The translations under genes and the position numbers were made by a program. 64,000 bases of DNA from Eledone cirrhosa (Eukaryota). Position 1 is the first letter of the stretch. Each line of letters starts with the position of its first letter. The stretch spans positions 62,434,001 to 62,498,000 of the forward strand of contig OZ024743.1 in NCBI GenBank assembly GCA_964016885.1, written 5' to 3'. A model generated the notes under the pieces. It was not told where the DNA came from, ran no database searches, and saw only the letters and a list, made by a program, of their open reading frames with translations. Shown one piece after another: positions 13,601 through 27,671 of this stretch.

Positions 13601-16600
13601 GTCTAAACAACACTAGTATATATTGTACCTAGTCTAAACAACCATAGTATATATTGCTATCTTGTCTAAACAACCATAGTATATGTTGCATCTTGTCTAA
13701 ACAACCATAGTATATATTGTACTTAGTCTAAACAACCATAGTATATATTGCATCTTGTCTAAACAACCATAGTATATATTATACTTAGTCTAAACAACCA
13801 TAGTATATATTGTACCTAGTCTAAACAACCATAGTATATATTGCTATCTTGTCTAAACAACCATAGTATATATTGCATCTTGTCTAAACAACCATGGTAT
13901 ATATTATACTTAGTCTAAACAACCATAGTATATATTGTACCTAGTCTAAACAACCATAGTATATATTGTACTTTGTCTAAACAACCATAGTATATATTGC
14001 ATCTTGTCTAAACAACCATAGTATATATTATACTTAGTCTAAACAACCATAGTATGTATTGTACCTAGTCTAAACAACCATAGTATATATTGTACTTAGT
14101 CTAAACAACCATAGTATATATTGTACCTAGTCTGAACAACCATAGTATATATTGCATCTTGTCTAAACAACCATAGTATATATTGTATTTAGTCTAAACA
14201 GCCATAGTATATATTGTACTTAGTCTAAACAACCATAGTATATATTGTACTTAGTCTAAACAACCATAGTATATATTGCTATCTTGTCTAAACAACCATA
14301 GTATATATTGCATCTTGTCTAAACAACCATAGTATATATTGTACCTAGTCTAAACAACCATCGTATATATTGTACTTAGTCTAAACAACCATAGTATATA
14401 TTGCTATCTTGTCTAAACAACCATAGTATATATTGTACTTAGTCTAAACAACCATAGTATATATTGTACCTAGTCTAAACAACCATAGTATATATTATAC
14501 TTAGTCTAAACAACCATAGTATATATTGCTATCTTGTCTAAACAACCATAGTATATATTGTACCTAGTCTAAACAACCATAGTATATATTGTACCTAGTC
14601 TAAACAACCATAGTATATATTGCACTTAGTCTATATAACCATAGTATATATTATACTTAGTCTAAACAACCATAGTATATATTGTACCTAGTCTAAACAA
14701 CCATAGTATATATTGTACCTAGTCTAAACAACCATAGTATATATTATACTTAGTCTAAACAGCCATAGTATATATTGTACTTAGTCTAAACAACCATAGT
14801 ATATATTGTACTTAGTCTAAACAACCATAGTATATATTGTACCTAGTCTAAACAACCATAGTATATATTGTACTTAGTCTAAACAACCATAGTATATATT
14901 GTACCTAGTCTAAACAACCATAGTATATATTGTACTTAGTCTAAACAACCATAGTATATATTGTACCTAATCTAAACAACCATAGTATATATTGTACCTA
15001 GTCTAAACAACCATAGTATATATTGTACTTAGTCTAAACAACCATAGTATATATTGTACCTAGTCTAAACAACCATAGTATATATTATACTTAGTCTAAA
15101 CCACCATTGTATATATTGTACCTAGTCTAAACAACCATAGTATATATTGTACCTAGTCTAAACAACCATAGTATATATTATACTTAGTCTAAACAACCAT
15201 AGTATATATTGTACTTAGTCTAAACAACCATAGTATATATTGTACTTAGTCTAAACAGCCATAGTATATATTGTACTTAGTCTAAACAACCATAGTATAT
15301 ATTGTACTTAGTCTAAACAGCCATAGTATATATTGTACTTAGTCTAAACAACCATAGTATATATTGCTATCTTGTCTAAACAACCATAGTATATATTGTA
15401 CTTAGTCTAAACAACCATAGTATATATTGTACCTAGTCTAAACAACCATAGTATATATTGTACTTAGTCTAAACAACCATAGTATATATTGTACCTAATC
15501 TAAACAACCATAGTATATATTGTACCTAGTCTAAACAACCATAGTATATATTGTACCTAGTCTAAACAACCATAGTATATATTGTACTTAGTCTAAACAA
15601 CCATAGTATATATTATACTTAGTCTAAACAACCATATTATATATTGCATCTTGTCTAAACAACCATAGTATATATTGTACTTAGTCTAAACAACAATAGT
15701 ATATATTGCATCTTGTCTAAACAACCTTAGTATATATTGCATCTTGTCTAAACAACCATAGTATATATTATACTTAGTCTAAACAACCATAGTATATATT
15801 GTAACTAGTCTAAACAACCATAGTATATATTGAACCTAGTCTAAACAACAATAGTATATATTGTACCTAGTCTAAACAACCATAGTATATATTATACTTA
15901 GTATAAACAACCATAGTATATATTGTACCTAGTCTAAACAACCATAGTATATATTATACTTAGTCTAAACAACCATAGTATATATTGTACCTAGTCTAAA
16001 CAACCATAGTATATATGGCTATCTTGTCTAAACAACCATAGTATATATTGCATCTTGTCTAAACAACCATAGTATATATTATACTTAGTCTAAACAACCA
16101 TAGTATATATTGTACCTAGTCTAAACAACCATAGTATATATTGTACTTAGTCTAAACAACCATAGTATATATTGCATCTTGTCTAAACAACCATAGTATA
16201 TATTATACTTAGTCTAAACAACCATAGTATATATTGTACCTAGTCTAAACAACCATAGTATATATTATACTTAGTCTAAACAACCATAGTATATATTGTA
16301 CCTAGTCTAAACAACCATAGTATATATTGCATCTTGTCTAAACAACCATAGTATATATTGTACTTAGTCTAAACAGCCATAGTATATATTGTACCTAGTC
16401 TAAACAACCATAGTATATATTGTACCTAGTCTAAACAACCATAGTATATATTGTACCTCGTCTAAACAGCCATAGTATATATTGTACTTAGTCTAAACAA
16501 CCATAGTATATATTGTACCTAGTCTAAACAACCAGAGTATATATTATACTTAGTCTAAACAACCATAGTATATATTGCATCTTGTCTAAACAACCATAGT

Positions 16601-19600
16601 ATATATTGTACTTAGTCTAAACAACCATAGTATATATTGTACTTAGTCTATATAACCATAGTATATATTATACTTAGTCTAAACAACCATAATATATATT
16701 GTACTTAGTCTAAACAACCATAGTATATATATTGTACCTAGTCTAAACAACCATAGTATATATTGTACTTAGTCTAAACAACCATAGTATATATTGTACC
16801 TAATCTAAACAACCATAGTATATATTGTACCTAGTCTAAACAACCATAGTATATATTGTACTTAGTCTAAACAACCATAGTATATATTGTACCTCGTCTA
16901 AACAACCATAGTATATATTATACTTAGTCTAAACCACCATAGTATATATTGTACCTAGTCTAAACAACCATAGTATATATTGTACCTAGTCTAAACAACC
17001 ATAGTATATATTATACTTAGTCTAAACAACCATAGTATATATTGCTATCTTGTCTAAACAACCATAGTATATATTGCATCTTGTCTAAACAACCATAGTA
17101 TATATTGTACTTAGTCTAAACAACCATAGTATATATTGCATCTTGTCTAAACAACCATAGTATATATTATACTTAGTCTAAACAACCATAGTATATATTG
17201 TACCTAGTCTAAACAACCATAGTATATATTGCTATCTTGTCTAAACAACCATAGTATATATTGCATCTTGTCTAAACAACCATGGTATATATTATACTTA
17301 GTCTAAACAACCATAGTATATATTGTACCTAGTCTAAGCAACCATAGTATATATTGTACTTAGTCTAAACAACCATAGTATATATTGCATCTTGTCTAAA
17401 CAACCATAGTATATATTATACTTTGTCTAAACAACCATAGTTTATATTGTACCTAGTCTAAACAACCATAGTATATATTGTACTTAGTCTAAACAACCAT
17501 AGTATATATTGTACCTAGTCTAAACAACCATAGTATATATTGCTATCTTGTCTAAACAACCATAGTATATATTGTACTTAGTCTAAACAACCATAGTATA
17601 TATTGTACCTAGTCTAATCAACCATAGTATATATTATACTTAGTCTAAACAACCATAGTATATATTGCTATCTTGTCTAAACAACCATAGTATATATTGT
17701 ACCTAGTCTAAACAACCATAGTATATATTTTACCTAGTCTAAACAACCATAGTATATATTGCACTTAGTCTATATAACCATAGTATATATTATACTTAGT
17801 CTAAACAACCATAGTATATATTGTACCTAGTCTAAACAACCATAGTATATATTGTACCTAGTCTAAACAACCATAGTATATATTATACTTAGTCTAAACA
17901 GCCATAGTATATATTGTACTTAGTCTAAACAACCATAGTATATATTGTACCTAGTCTAAACAACCATAGTATATATTGTACTTAGTCTAAACAACCATAG
18001 TATATATTGTACCTAGTCTAAACAACCATAGTATATATTGTACTTAGTCTAAACAACCATAGTATATATTGTACCTAATCTAAACAACCATAGTATATAT
18101 TCTACCTAGTCTAAACAACCATAGTATATATTGTACTTAGTCTAAACAACCATAGTATATATTGTACCTAGTCTAAACAACCATAGTATATATTATACTT
18201 AGTCTAAACCACCATAGTATATATTGTACCTAGTCTAAACAACCATAGTATATATTGTACCTAGTCTAAACAACAATAGTATATATTGTACCTAGTCTAA
18301 ACAACCATAGTATATATTATACTTAGTCTAAACAACCATAGTATATATTGTACTTAGTCTAAACAACCATAGTATATATTGTACTTAATCTAAACAACCA
18401 TAGTATATATTGTACTTAGTCTAAACAACCATAGTATATATTGCATCTTGTCTAAACAACCATAGTATATATTGTACTTAGTCTAAACAGCCATAGTATA
18501 TATTGTACTTAGTCTAAACAACCATAGTATATATTGTACTTAGTCTAAACATGCATAGTATATATTGTACTTAGTCTAAACAACCATAGTATATATTGCT
18601 ATCTTGTCTAAACAACCGTAGTATATATTGCATCTTGTCTAAACAACCATAGTATATATTGTACCTAGTCTAAACAACCATCGTATATATTGTACTTAGT
18701 CTAAACAACCATAGTATATATTGTACCTAGTCTAAACAACCATAGTATATATTATACTTAGTCTAAACAACCATAGTATATATTGCATCTTGTCTAAACA
18801 ACCATAGTATATATTGTACTTAGTCTAAATAACCATAGTATATATTGTACCTAGTCTAAACAACCATAGTATATATTTACCTAGTCTAAACAACCATAGT
18901 ATATATTGTACCTAGTCTAAACAGCCATAGTATATATTGTACTTAGTCTAAACAACCATAGTATATATTGTACCTAGTCTAAACAACCATAGTATATATT
19001 ATATTTAGTCTAAACAACCATAGTATATATTGCATCTTGTCTAAACAACCATAGTATATATTGTACTTAGTCTAAACAACCATAGTATATATTGTACTTA
19101 GTCTATATAACCATAGTATATATTATACTTAGTCTAAACAACCATAGTATATATTGAATCTTGTCTAAACAACCATAGTATATATTGTACTTAGTCTAAA
19201 CAACCATAGTATATATTGTACCTAGTCTAAACAACCATAGTATATATTGTACTTAGTCTATACAACCATAGTATATATTGTACCTAATCTAAACAACCAT
19301 AGTATATATTGTACCTAGTCTAAACAACCATAGTATATATTGTACCTAGTCTAAACAACAATAGTATATATTGTACCTAGTCTAAACAACCATAGTATAT
19401 ATTATACTTAGTCTAAACAACCATAGTATATATTGCTATCTTGTCTAAACAACCATAGTATATATTGCATCTTGTCTAAACAACCATAGTATATATTGTA
19501 CTTAGTCTAAATAACCATAGTATATATTGTACCTAGTCTAAACAACCATAGTATATATTTACCTAGTCTAAACAACCATAGTATATATTGTACCTAGTCT

Positions 19601-20199
19601 AAACAGCCATAGTATATATTGTACTTAGTCTAAACAACCATAGTATATATTGTACCTAGTCTAAACAACCATAGTATATATTATATTTAGTCTAAACAAC
19701 CATAGTATATATTGCATCTTGTCTAAACAACCATAGTATATATTGTACTTAGTCTAAACAACCATAGTATATATTGTACTTAGTCTATATAACCGTAGTT
19801 TATATTATACTTAGTCTAAACAACCATAGTATATATTGAATCTTGTCTAAACAACCATAGTATATATTGTACTTAGTCTAAACAACCATAGTATATATTG
19901 TACCTAGTCTATACAACCATAGTATATATTGTACTTAGTCTATACAACCATAGTATATATTGTACCTAATCTAAACAACCATAGTATATATTGTACCTAG
20001 TCTAAACAACCATAGTATATATTGTACCTAGTCTAAACAACAATAGTATATATTGTACCTAGTCTAAACAACCATAGTATATATTATACTTAGTCTAAAC
20101 AACCATAGTATATATTGCTATCTTGTCTAAACAACCATAGTATATATTGCATCTTGTCTAAACAACCATAGTATATATTGTATTTAGTCTAAACAACCA
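7690..20199. repeat. Intronic 31-bp satellite array, about 12.5 kb (about 400 units)
   Basis: Unit GTACCTAGTCTAAACAACCATAGTATATATT with recurrent variants GTACTTAG, ATACTTAG, GCATCTTG, GCTATCTTG. Confidence 0.98.
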
Positions 20200-20251
20200 A
20201 TCTTACTCCAATCAATAATTTAATATAATTCTTTTCATTACTAATGTGCAG

Positions 20252-20509
20252 CCTGTCCCCCGAACAAGTATGGCATCAACTGTGAAAAGGATTGTAATTG
20301 TGGAAAATCTGGCCTCTGTAACCCTGTAGATGGAACATGTCAGTGTAAAATGGGATGGAGTGGTCAGACTTGTGAAGAATCATGTCCATCTGGTCGGTAT
20401 GGACCCGGCTGTGTACACACCTGTCAGTGCCAAAACAAAGGAACGTGTGATCCAGTCACGGGATGCTGTACATGTGCTAATGGTTACTATGGACAGCTCT
20501 GTGAACTTC
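20252..20509 (+). CDS. Exon of MEGF-like protein, two EGF modules
   Basis: tgcag|CC TGT CCC ... GAA CTT C|gtaagt; 258 bp, phase 1-1; CPPNKYGINCEKDCNCGKSGLCNPVDGTCQCKMGWSGQTCEESCPSGRYGPGCVHTCQCQNKGTCDPVTGCCTCANGYYGQLCEL. Confidence 0.93.
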
Positions 20510-21382
20510 GTAAGTATCTATCTATATAAATTTTCTTTGGTTGCAGTTTTATGTAAGAATTACTGAAATATGTATTCATGATAAAATACACCAAGTACAC
20601 TCTGGAAAGTGGAAGTGCCAGTACCATGATAAAATGAACCCATTACACTCTGTACAGTAAGTAGTGTTAGGAAGGGCATGGAACATATGAGTAAAACATG
20701 GTTTTCTGACCAGTCTGGTCTTGGACTTGATGATCTATCCAACCCTTGCTAACATGGAAAACAGGCATAAAATGGTAATGATAATGATACACTTGTAGAT
20801 TGATGTTTTATTTTTCAGAATACTTACTTTTAATGCTGTTTACTGGAAATACTCTTATCTTTCTCCCCATGAAGAGAACGTATAGCACATTGCTATTTAT
20901 GCTAAACATAAACTAGAACTTAACTGAAATGGCCAGTCTAATTTGCAAACATACATCCCTTGGCAATGTGTTTAATTAAATAATAAGTATTTACGTACAT
21001 ACAGCATTTATTGGAAAATCTAGGATGAATTTTATGTAGGTATAACTACAATTGTAAATTATAAGTTCCTAAGTCTTTTTCGCGGACAGAATGCAAAGGA
21101 AACGTGTCTTCTGATGAACAGCCAACTAGCTGTGTAACATTTGATGGCAATATCTTATATTTTTATGTATACAAAGAGAACAAAATGCATTTACATTTGT
21201 TCCTTTTCAGAGTGAGGCTTATAGTTTAATATTTAACATGCTGTATTATATACAAAAACATTAGCAATACATTCTTAAAAAGTATAAAAACAGCACTATG
21301 ACTGCAAATTTTCATAACAATCTCTCCACTAATAAAAGCACTATAAAAATTCAATTGACAGACTATTATTATTAAGAGCCAT

Positions 21383-21575
21383 AGGCGGTGGATTGGCAGT
21401 ATCGGTAGAGGGTCGGTCATCACGCTTTGATGCATAGAGTTATGGCCCTTGCCATTCTGAGTTCAAATCCCGCCGAGGTTAACTTTGCCTTTCATCCTTA
21501 TGGGGTCGATAAAATAAAGTACCAGTAATACACTGGGTAATTGTTGGCCTTGTGCCTAAAGTAGAAACAATTATT
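21383..21575 (+). mobile_element. Near full-length tRNA-derived SINE (further copies at about 21625-21935)
   Basis: GGCGGTGGATTGGCAGTATCGGTAGAG (A box region), GAGTTCAAATCCCGCC (B box), Deu/Nin-like core, AATTATT tail. Confidence 0.8.
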
Positions 21576-21992
21576 AAGAGGCATAGTGTCAGCTTTGTGA
21601 TATTTGTTTTGTACATGGTTGGTAAATTAAAGTACCAGTAATGCACTGGGTCAATTTAAACTACTTCCCCCTTCCCCCAAATTACTGGCATTGTGCCTTA
21701 CTAGAAATCATTACTGTTGTTGTTGTTGTCAGGGCGGTAGAGTGTTGGACAATATGATTTGCAGCATATAGTTACAGCCTTTTACATTCTGAGTTCAAAT
21801 CCCACCAAGATTAGCTTTGCCTTTTATTTTTATGGGGTTGATAAAATAAAGAAACAGTAACACACTGAGGTCAATTTAATCGTCATTTCCCTCCCCACAA
21901 ACAGTTGATCTTGTGCCTAAATCAGAAACCATTATTATTGTTGTTGTTAGTAGGGTTCAGTGAAACTATGAATTGTTTCTTAATATTTCCAG

Positions 21993-22121
21993 AATGTCCT
22001 CCAGGCTCTCATGGCTTCTATTGTAAAGAACGTTGTGATTGTGAGAATGGAGCCTTGTGTGACCCAGCCACAGGCCAGTGCAACTGTAAGCCAGGTTTCA
22101 TAGGAAATCGCTGTGAAAAAG
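21993..22121 (+). CDS. Exon of MEGF-like protein, one EGF module
   Basis: ttccag|AA TGT ... GAA AAA G|gttagt; 129 bp, phase 1-1; CPPGSHGFYCKERCDCENGALCDPATGQCNCKPGFIGNRCEK. Confidence 0.93.
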
Positions 22122-23546
22122 GTTAGTATGGCATTTTGTTAAACATTTATTATGCACATTTAAATTAATGGTTCCAACAAGTTGACTTTAGTTGTGCTGG
22201 GCACAGCCATCAATACTGCTGCAACCATCATTCTATGTTTGGTATCTGGTGAATGAATGAGTTTAATACCACTGACTTCATATGTGTTTTTATGCTAAGT
22301 TCAGGTCAAGTCAGGCTTCTGCCTGCTATTAGCACCAAGTAATCGAGTACAACCTGCTTCATAGTGGAGTGGTCAGTGGGGAGAGTAAGTGGAACTCCAG
22401 CAGCACAAAAAGGAGCTGTTAAAAAGACAGATGAACTAAGTGTCAACAGCCATTCGCCTCAACTATGGGTTAAATAGCCTCACCAACCCACAATTAGCCA
22501 AGAGTGGTGAGTACTCCTACATCCCTTATACGACCAAAACCAAACAGAAAGAGGTGATGGTCAACCAAGGAAAAGTTCCTCCAACAGGGGTGAGAAGGCT
22601 CTGGGTTATACAGTAGAGAAGGCTCTGGGTTGTCCATGTATCGTTTGAATGTGTTAACACTACTGTATTAAGAATTCATGCTTTGAAACCACATTAGCAA
22701 GACATTCTTGAAAACATAAAACAGCAGCATTAAATAGTATTATTAAATATTAGTATTAAATAGTATTATTAAATAGTATTATTACAGATTATTAGGAAAT
22801 ACATGAGTGCCACAACTTTTATTTCTCCCATGACTAAATTAATATATTAAATGAAAGTCTTTTTACACTAATATTGTAAATTTTCACAACAATCTATCTA
22901 CTAGTAAATATATAAGTATTTAAATTATGGTGATTTAAATTATTGGCAGCAGGCAAGGCATCCAACTATAAAACATTGCTTCATAAAAGACCCCATGATA
23001 AACATGAAGCTTTTCATGGGGACCACAAGGTTAACCATTGCTTTAGCAGGGAAAATGGCCTTAAAATGCTTCCCACATGTCCTTATTTTGTTATCAACAT
23101 TATTACAGATTATTAGGACATACATGAGTGCCACAACTTTTTATTTCTCCCATGACTAAAATGTAGAAAACTTTTTTGTCTAATTGATTAAAATTAATAT
23201 ATTAAGCCTTTTTGTATCAACCCAGCTATAACTGGATCTGTTTCTATAAAATAAAACTACCCATTTTAAAGTGTTCTTATTTCAATTAATTTCTTCCACC
23301 ATGATTTTATATAAGAACCATATGCTAAGTTACTATTTTAGTAATAAAATAATTGATAATTTTAGGAAATCCTTCAGAATTCTTCATTGACAATAACCAT
23401 CTTGTATCACAGGAAACCACATTAGCAAGAGATTCTTGAACATTTTTAAACAGTTCTGTAACTGCATCAGTTTAAAAATTGAAGTTTTTACTCTCATACT
23501 GCAAATTTTCACAATGGTCAATCTGTCCAGTAGTAAAGATACTATA

Positions 23547-24045
23547 CAGTTGCCCCCCGGTATTCGCTGGTTCTATTCGGCCAGTTCTATTCTTTGGAAA
23601 AAAACAATCAGGTTAATTTGAAAGAGCTTCTTATACGTTTCGATTGACTAATCCCTTAAAAACTAGATTTGAGTACTTTAGAATAAATACTAGCGACGCA
23701 GAAAGTATTGATGTCTGAAATAAAAAGATCTTAAGACCCTAAGAAAATAAATCATTCCTAGAGCATCCGCAAAGAGTGAAAAACCACAAATATTGGACAT
23801 GGTCCATAAAAATGCCTATAAACGTCAAAACATAACCTAAAATATAGGCTGGCAAATACAATATATTAATAATTTAACATTAAAAAGCATGAAAAAATAT
23901 ATATTGCCTCGAAAAAAGCCATAAGAAAATCGCAGAAGATATTTACAATTCTGTGAATATGTGGTGGTTTCCACGAACAATTATTACTTAGGTTATAAGA
24001 AAATATCTGCAAATAACCAGGTCCGCAAATGCTGGGGTTATATTG
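23547..24045. mobile_element. Degenerate Tc1/pogo-like MITE
   Basis: TA|CAGTTGCCCCCGGTATTCGC ... GCAAATGCTGGGGTTATATTG|TA imperfect terminal inverted repeats with TA flanks. Confidence 0.4.
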
Positions 24046-24193
24046 TACATATTTCTATTAATAAACCCATTTTTAGATATTTTCTGCTAAATCATTACAG
24101 GGTGTCAACAGTTAATTGAAATTGAGTGCATTTCATTAGAAATATGGTCACAAAAGGGTTATAGAATTCTTATGTTTGTTTTTCTTTTACCAG

Positions 24194-24319
24194 ATTGTGA
24201 ACCCGGAACATTTGGCTTACATTGTCAAGAGCAATGTGATTGTGCTTCTTATGGTTGTGACACAGTCACTGGAAAATGTAATTGCCCATCAGGGTACACT
24301 GGACCACGCTGTGAGACAG
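24194..24319 (+). CDS. Exon of MEGF-like protein, one EGF module
   Basis: taccag|AT TGT GAA ... GAG ACA G|gtatac; 126 bp, phase 1-1; CEPGTFGLHCQEQCDCASYGCDTVTGKCNCPSGYTGPRCET. Confidence 0.92.
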
Positions 24320-24326
24320 GTATACA

Positions 24327-24735
24327 ATGGTGATGATGATATTGGTGGGGGGGAGCTGCAATTGTAATAATTGTGATGATGATGATGGTAGTGGAGGAGA
24401 TGATGATGATGATTACAGTGGGGGTGAGGATGATGGTGGTGGTTGTGGAAGGGATGATGATGATGACAGTGGTGGTGGGGATGGGAGTGGCGGTGGGGAT
24501 GACGATGATAATGGTGGTGGGGATGACAATGGCAGTGGGGATGATGATGATGACAGTGGTGGTGGAGGGGATGATGATGATGACAGTGGTGGTAGAGGGG
24601 ATGATGATGATGACAGTGGTGGTGGTGGAGGGGATGATGATGATGACAGTGGTGGTGGTGGGAATGATGACAGTGGTGGTGGTGGGGATGATGACAGTGG
24701 TGGTGGTGGAGGGGATGGGGATGATGATGATGCCA
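24327..24735. repeat. Intronic compound (GAT)n/(GGT)n low-complexity repeat
   Basis: Imperfect GATGATGATGACAGTGGTGGTGGAGGG units; they produce the spurious G/D, H and M/V ORFs. Confidence 0.9.
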
Positions 24736-24783
24736 ATCCATGTCTCTCTCTCTCTCACTCATTCTCTCTTTCTTCTCCTACAG

Positions 24784-24918
24784 CATGTTCTGGAAGACGC
24801 TATGGTCCAAATTGCCGCTACATTTGTGAGTGTGACAACTATGGAGTGTGTGACCCAATGTCAGGTCACTGCAATTGTCCAGATGGTTGGATTGGTGCTA
24901 AATGTGAACTCACTACAG
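24784..24918 (+). CDS. Exon of MEGF-like protein, last EGF module
   Basis: ctacag|CA TGT TCT ... ACT ACA G|gtatta; 135 bp, phase 1-1; CSGRRYGPNCRYICECDNYGVCDPMSGHCNCPDGWIGAKCELTT. Confidence 0.92.
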
Positions 24919-24934
24919 GTATTATTCATTGCCT

Positions 24935-25215
24935 TCTCTCACTCTCTCTATCCCCCTCTCCCCATCTCTCTCTCTCTATCCCCCTCTCCCCATCTCTCTC
25001 TCTCTCTCTCCCTCTCCCCATCTCTCTCTCTCTATCCCCCTCTCCCCATCTCTCTCTCTCTCTCTCCCTCTCCCCATCTCTCTCTCTCTCTCTCCTTTGT
25101 CTCTCTCCCTCTCCCCATCTCTCTCTCTCTCTCTCCTTTGTCTCTCTCTCCCTCTATCTCTTTCCCTTTCTCTATCCCCTCACTCTCTCCCCATCTCTCT
25201 TTCTCTCTCTATCCA
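24935..25215. repeat. (CT)n-rich low-complexity repeat
   Basis: Repeated CCCTCTCCCCATCTCTCTCTCTCT. Confidence 0.9.
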
Positions 25216-25243
25216 TAATACATACAGCAACCACTGTCTATGT

Positions 25244-25520
25244 GAAGGCATGTGGCTTAGTGGTTAAGGTGTTTGGCTCACAATCATTAGACAATGAGTT
25301 CAATTCCTAGTAGCATATTGTGTGAACAAAACACTTCATTTCACATTACTCCACTCCAATCAGCCAGACCAAAAAAATTGTGTTGTACCTGTAATTCAAA
25401 GGGTCAACCTTATCATGTGCTGCACCATGCTGAATCACCCTGAGAACTATGTTAACGATACACGTGTCTGTGAAGTACTCACACACTTGCACTTTAATTT
25501 TGCAAGTTGGTTGTTTCATT
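25244..25520 (+). mobile_element. Second tRNA-derived SINE family (CORE-like), diverged
   Basis: TGGCTTAGTGGTTAAGG A box, GAGTTCAATTCC B box, AAAACACTTCATTTCAC core-like segment; a related partial copy lies on the minus strand near 31125-31255. Confidence 0.6.
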
Positions 25521-25540
25521 GTTTGAACAACACATCATTT

Positions 25541-27189
25541 GAATTAAGAGAGGTCTAACATACACATATACAGGGTGAATTGAGAGACGGCTAACATACA
25601 CATACACAGGTGAATTGAGAGAGGTCTAACATACACATACACAGGTGAATTGAGAGAGGTCTAACACACATACACAAGGTGAATTGAGAGAGGTCTAACA
25701 TACACATACACAGGTGAATTGAGAGAGGTCTAACATACACATACACAGGTGAATTGAGAGAGGTCTAACATACACATATACAGGTGAATTGAGAGAGGTC
25801 TAACATACACATATACAGGGTGAATTGAGAGAGGTCTAACATACACATACACAGGTGAATTGAGAGAGGTCTAACATACACATACACAGGTGAATTGAGA
25901 GAGGTCTAACATACACATATACAGGTGAATTGAGAGAGGTCTAACATACACATACACAGGTGAATTGAGAGAGGTCTAACATACACATATACAGGGTGAA
26001 TTGAGAGAGGTCTAACATACACATATACAGGTGAATTGAGAGAGGTCTAACATACACATATACAGGGTGAATTGAGAGAGGTCTAACATACACATATACA
26101 GGTGAATTGAGAGAGGTCTAACATACACATATACAGGGTGAATTGAGAGAGGTCTAACATACACATACACAGGTGAATTGAGAGAGGTCTAACACACATA
26201 CACAAGGTGAATTGAGAGAGGTCTAACATACACATACACAGGTGAATTGAGAGAGGTCTAACATACACATACACAGGTGAATTGAGAGAGGTCTAACATA
26301 CACATATACAGGTGAATTGAGAGAGGTCTAACATACACATATACAGGGTGAATTGAGAGAGGTCTAACATACACATACACAGGTGAATTGAGAGAGGTCT
26401 AACATACACATACACAGGTGAATTGAGAGAGGTCTAACATACACATATACAGGTGAATTGAGAGAGGTCTAACATACACATACACAGGTGAATTGAGAGA
26501 GGTCTAACATACACATACACAGGTGAATTGAGAGAGGTCTAACATACACATATACAGGTGAATTGAGAGAGGTCTAACATACACATATACAGGTGAATTG
26601 AGAGAGGTCTAACATACACATATACAGGGTGAATTGAGAGAGGTCTAACATACACATATACAGGTGAATTGAGAGAGGTCTAACATACACATACACAGGT
26701 GAATTGAGAGAGGTCTAACATACACATATACAGGGTGAATTGAGAGAGGTCTAACATACACATATACAGGTGAATTGAGAGAGGTCTAACATACACATAT
26801 ACAGGTGAATTGAGAGAGGTCTAACATACACATATACAGGTGAATTGAGAGAGGTCTAACATACACAGGTGAATTGAGAGAGGTCTAACATACATACACA
26901 GGGTGAATTGAGAGAGGTCTAACACACATACACAGGGTGAATTAAGAGAGGTCTAACATACACATATACAGGTGAATTAAGAGAGGTCTAACATACACAT
27001 ACACAGGTGAATTAAGAGAGGTCTAACATACACATTACACGGTGAATTGAGAGAGGTCTAACATACACATACACAGGGTGAATTGAGAGAGGTCTAACAT
27101 ACACATATACAGGGTGAATTGAGAGAGGTCTAACATACACATATACAGGGTGAATTGAGAGAGGTCTAACATACACATATACAGGGTGA
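25541..27189. repeat. Intronic 35/36-bp minisatellite (about 46 units)
   Basis: Unit GAATTGAGAGAGGTCTAACATACACATA(C/T)ACAG(G)GT. Confidence 0.97.
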
Positions 27190-27393
27190 CCACAAAACAA
27201 CTCTTTGATTTCAAATACTTATAATATGAAACCTCAAATGAATATTCTTACAATATTGGTGGCTACCATTGCATGAACTAACAAAGTTTCATGTGGTCTT
27301 GGTTGATATCATAGACACTCAATGTGTGCCCCTTTTGTTGCTCAGCAAACATCAATGCGATAATCAAGCCTGGGGTGTTTTGTGGTCACCCTG
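27182..27393. mobile_element. Tc1/mariner-type MITE
   Basis: Perfect 18-bp TIRs CAGGGTGACCACAAAACA (27182-27199) / TGTTTTGTGGTCACCCTG (27376-27393); TA on the left flank. Confidence 0.75.
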
Positions 27394-27671
27394 AAAATAT
27401 GTGTCATTGTCTGTGCCTATATCACCTCATTGCCTGTAAACACTTCATAAAATTCATTAATTTTATGAGTAGGTTTTCGTTGTTTGAACAACTCATTGTT
27501 TGAACTGATAGAGGTCTAACAGACATACACATGTATATGTGTGTCTAGGTATGTGCCGATATCACTAAAATATGTACTATTTACCTAATTACCCATAAAC
27601 ACTTCATAACAGTCATTAATTTTCATAATCATTTTAATATATATCTAAATGAAATTTCCTTGATATTTCAG

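Noticed and set aside
7690-20199. CRISPR-like appearance of constant 23-bp blocks separated by variable bases
   Set aside because: The variable part is only 8-9 bp drawn from about five recurring variants, with no unique spacers and no cas genes; the context is a eukaryotic intron.
24249-25310. Long Gly/Asp-, His-, Met/Val- and Ser/Pro-rich ORFs
   Set aside because: They are translations of intronic trinucleotide and CT repeats. The 464-bp intron is not a multiple of 3, so retention would frameshift; only 24784-24918 is exon.
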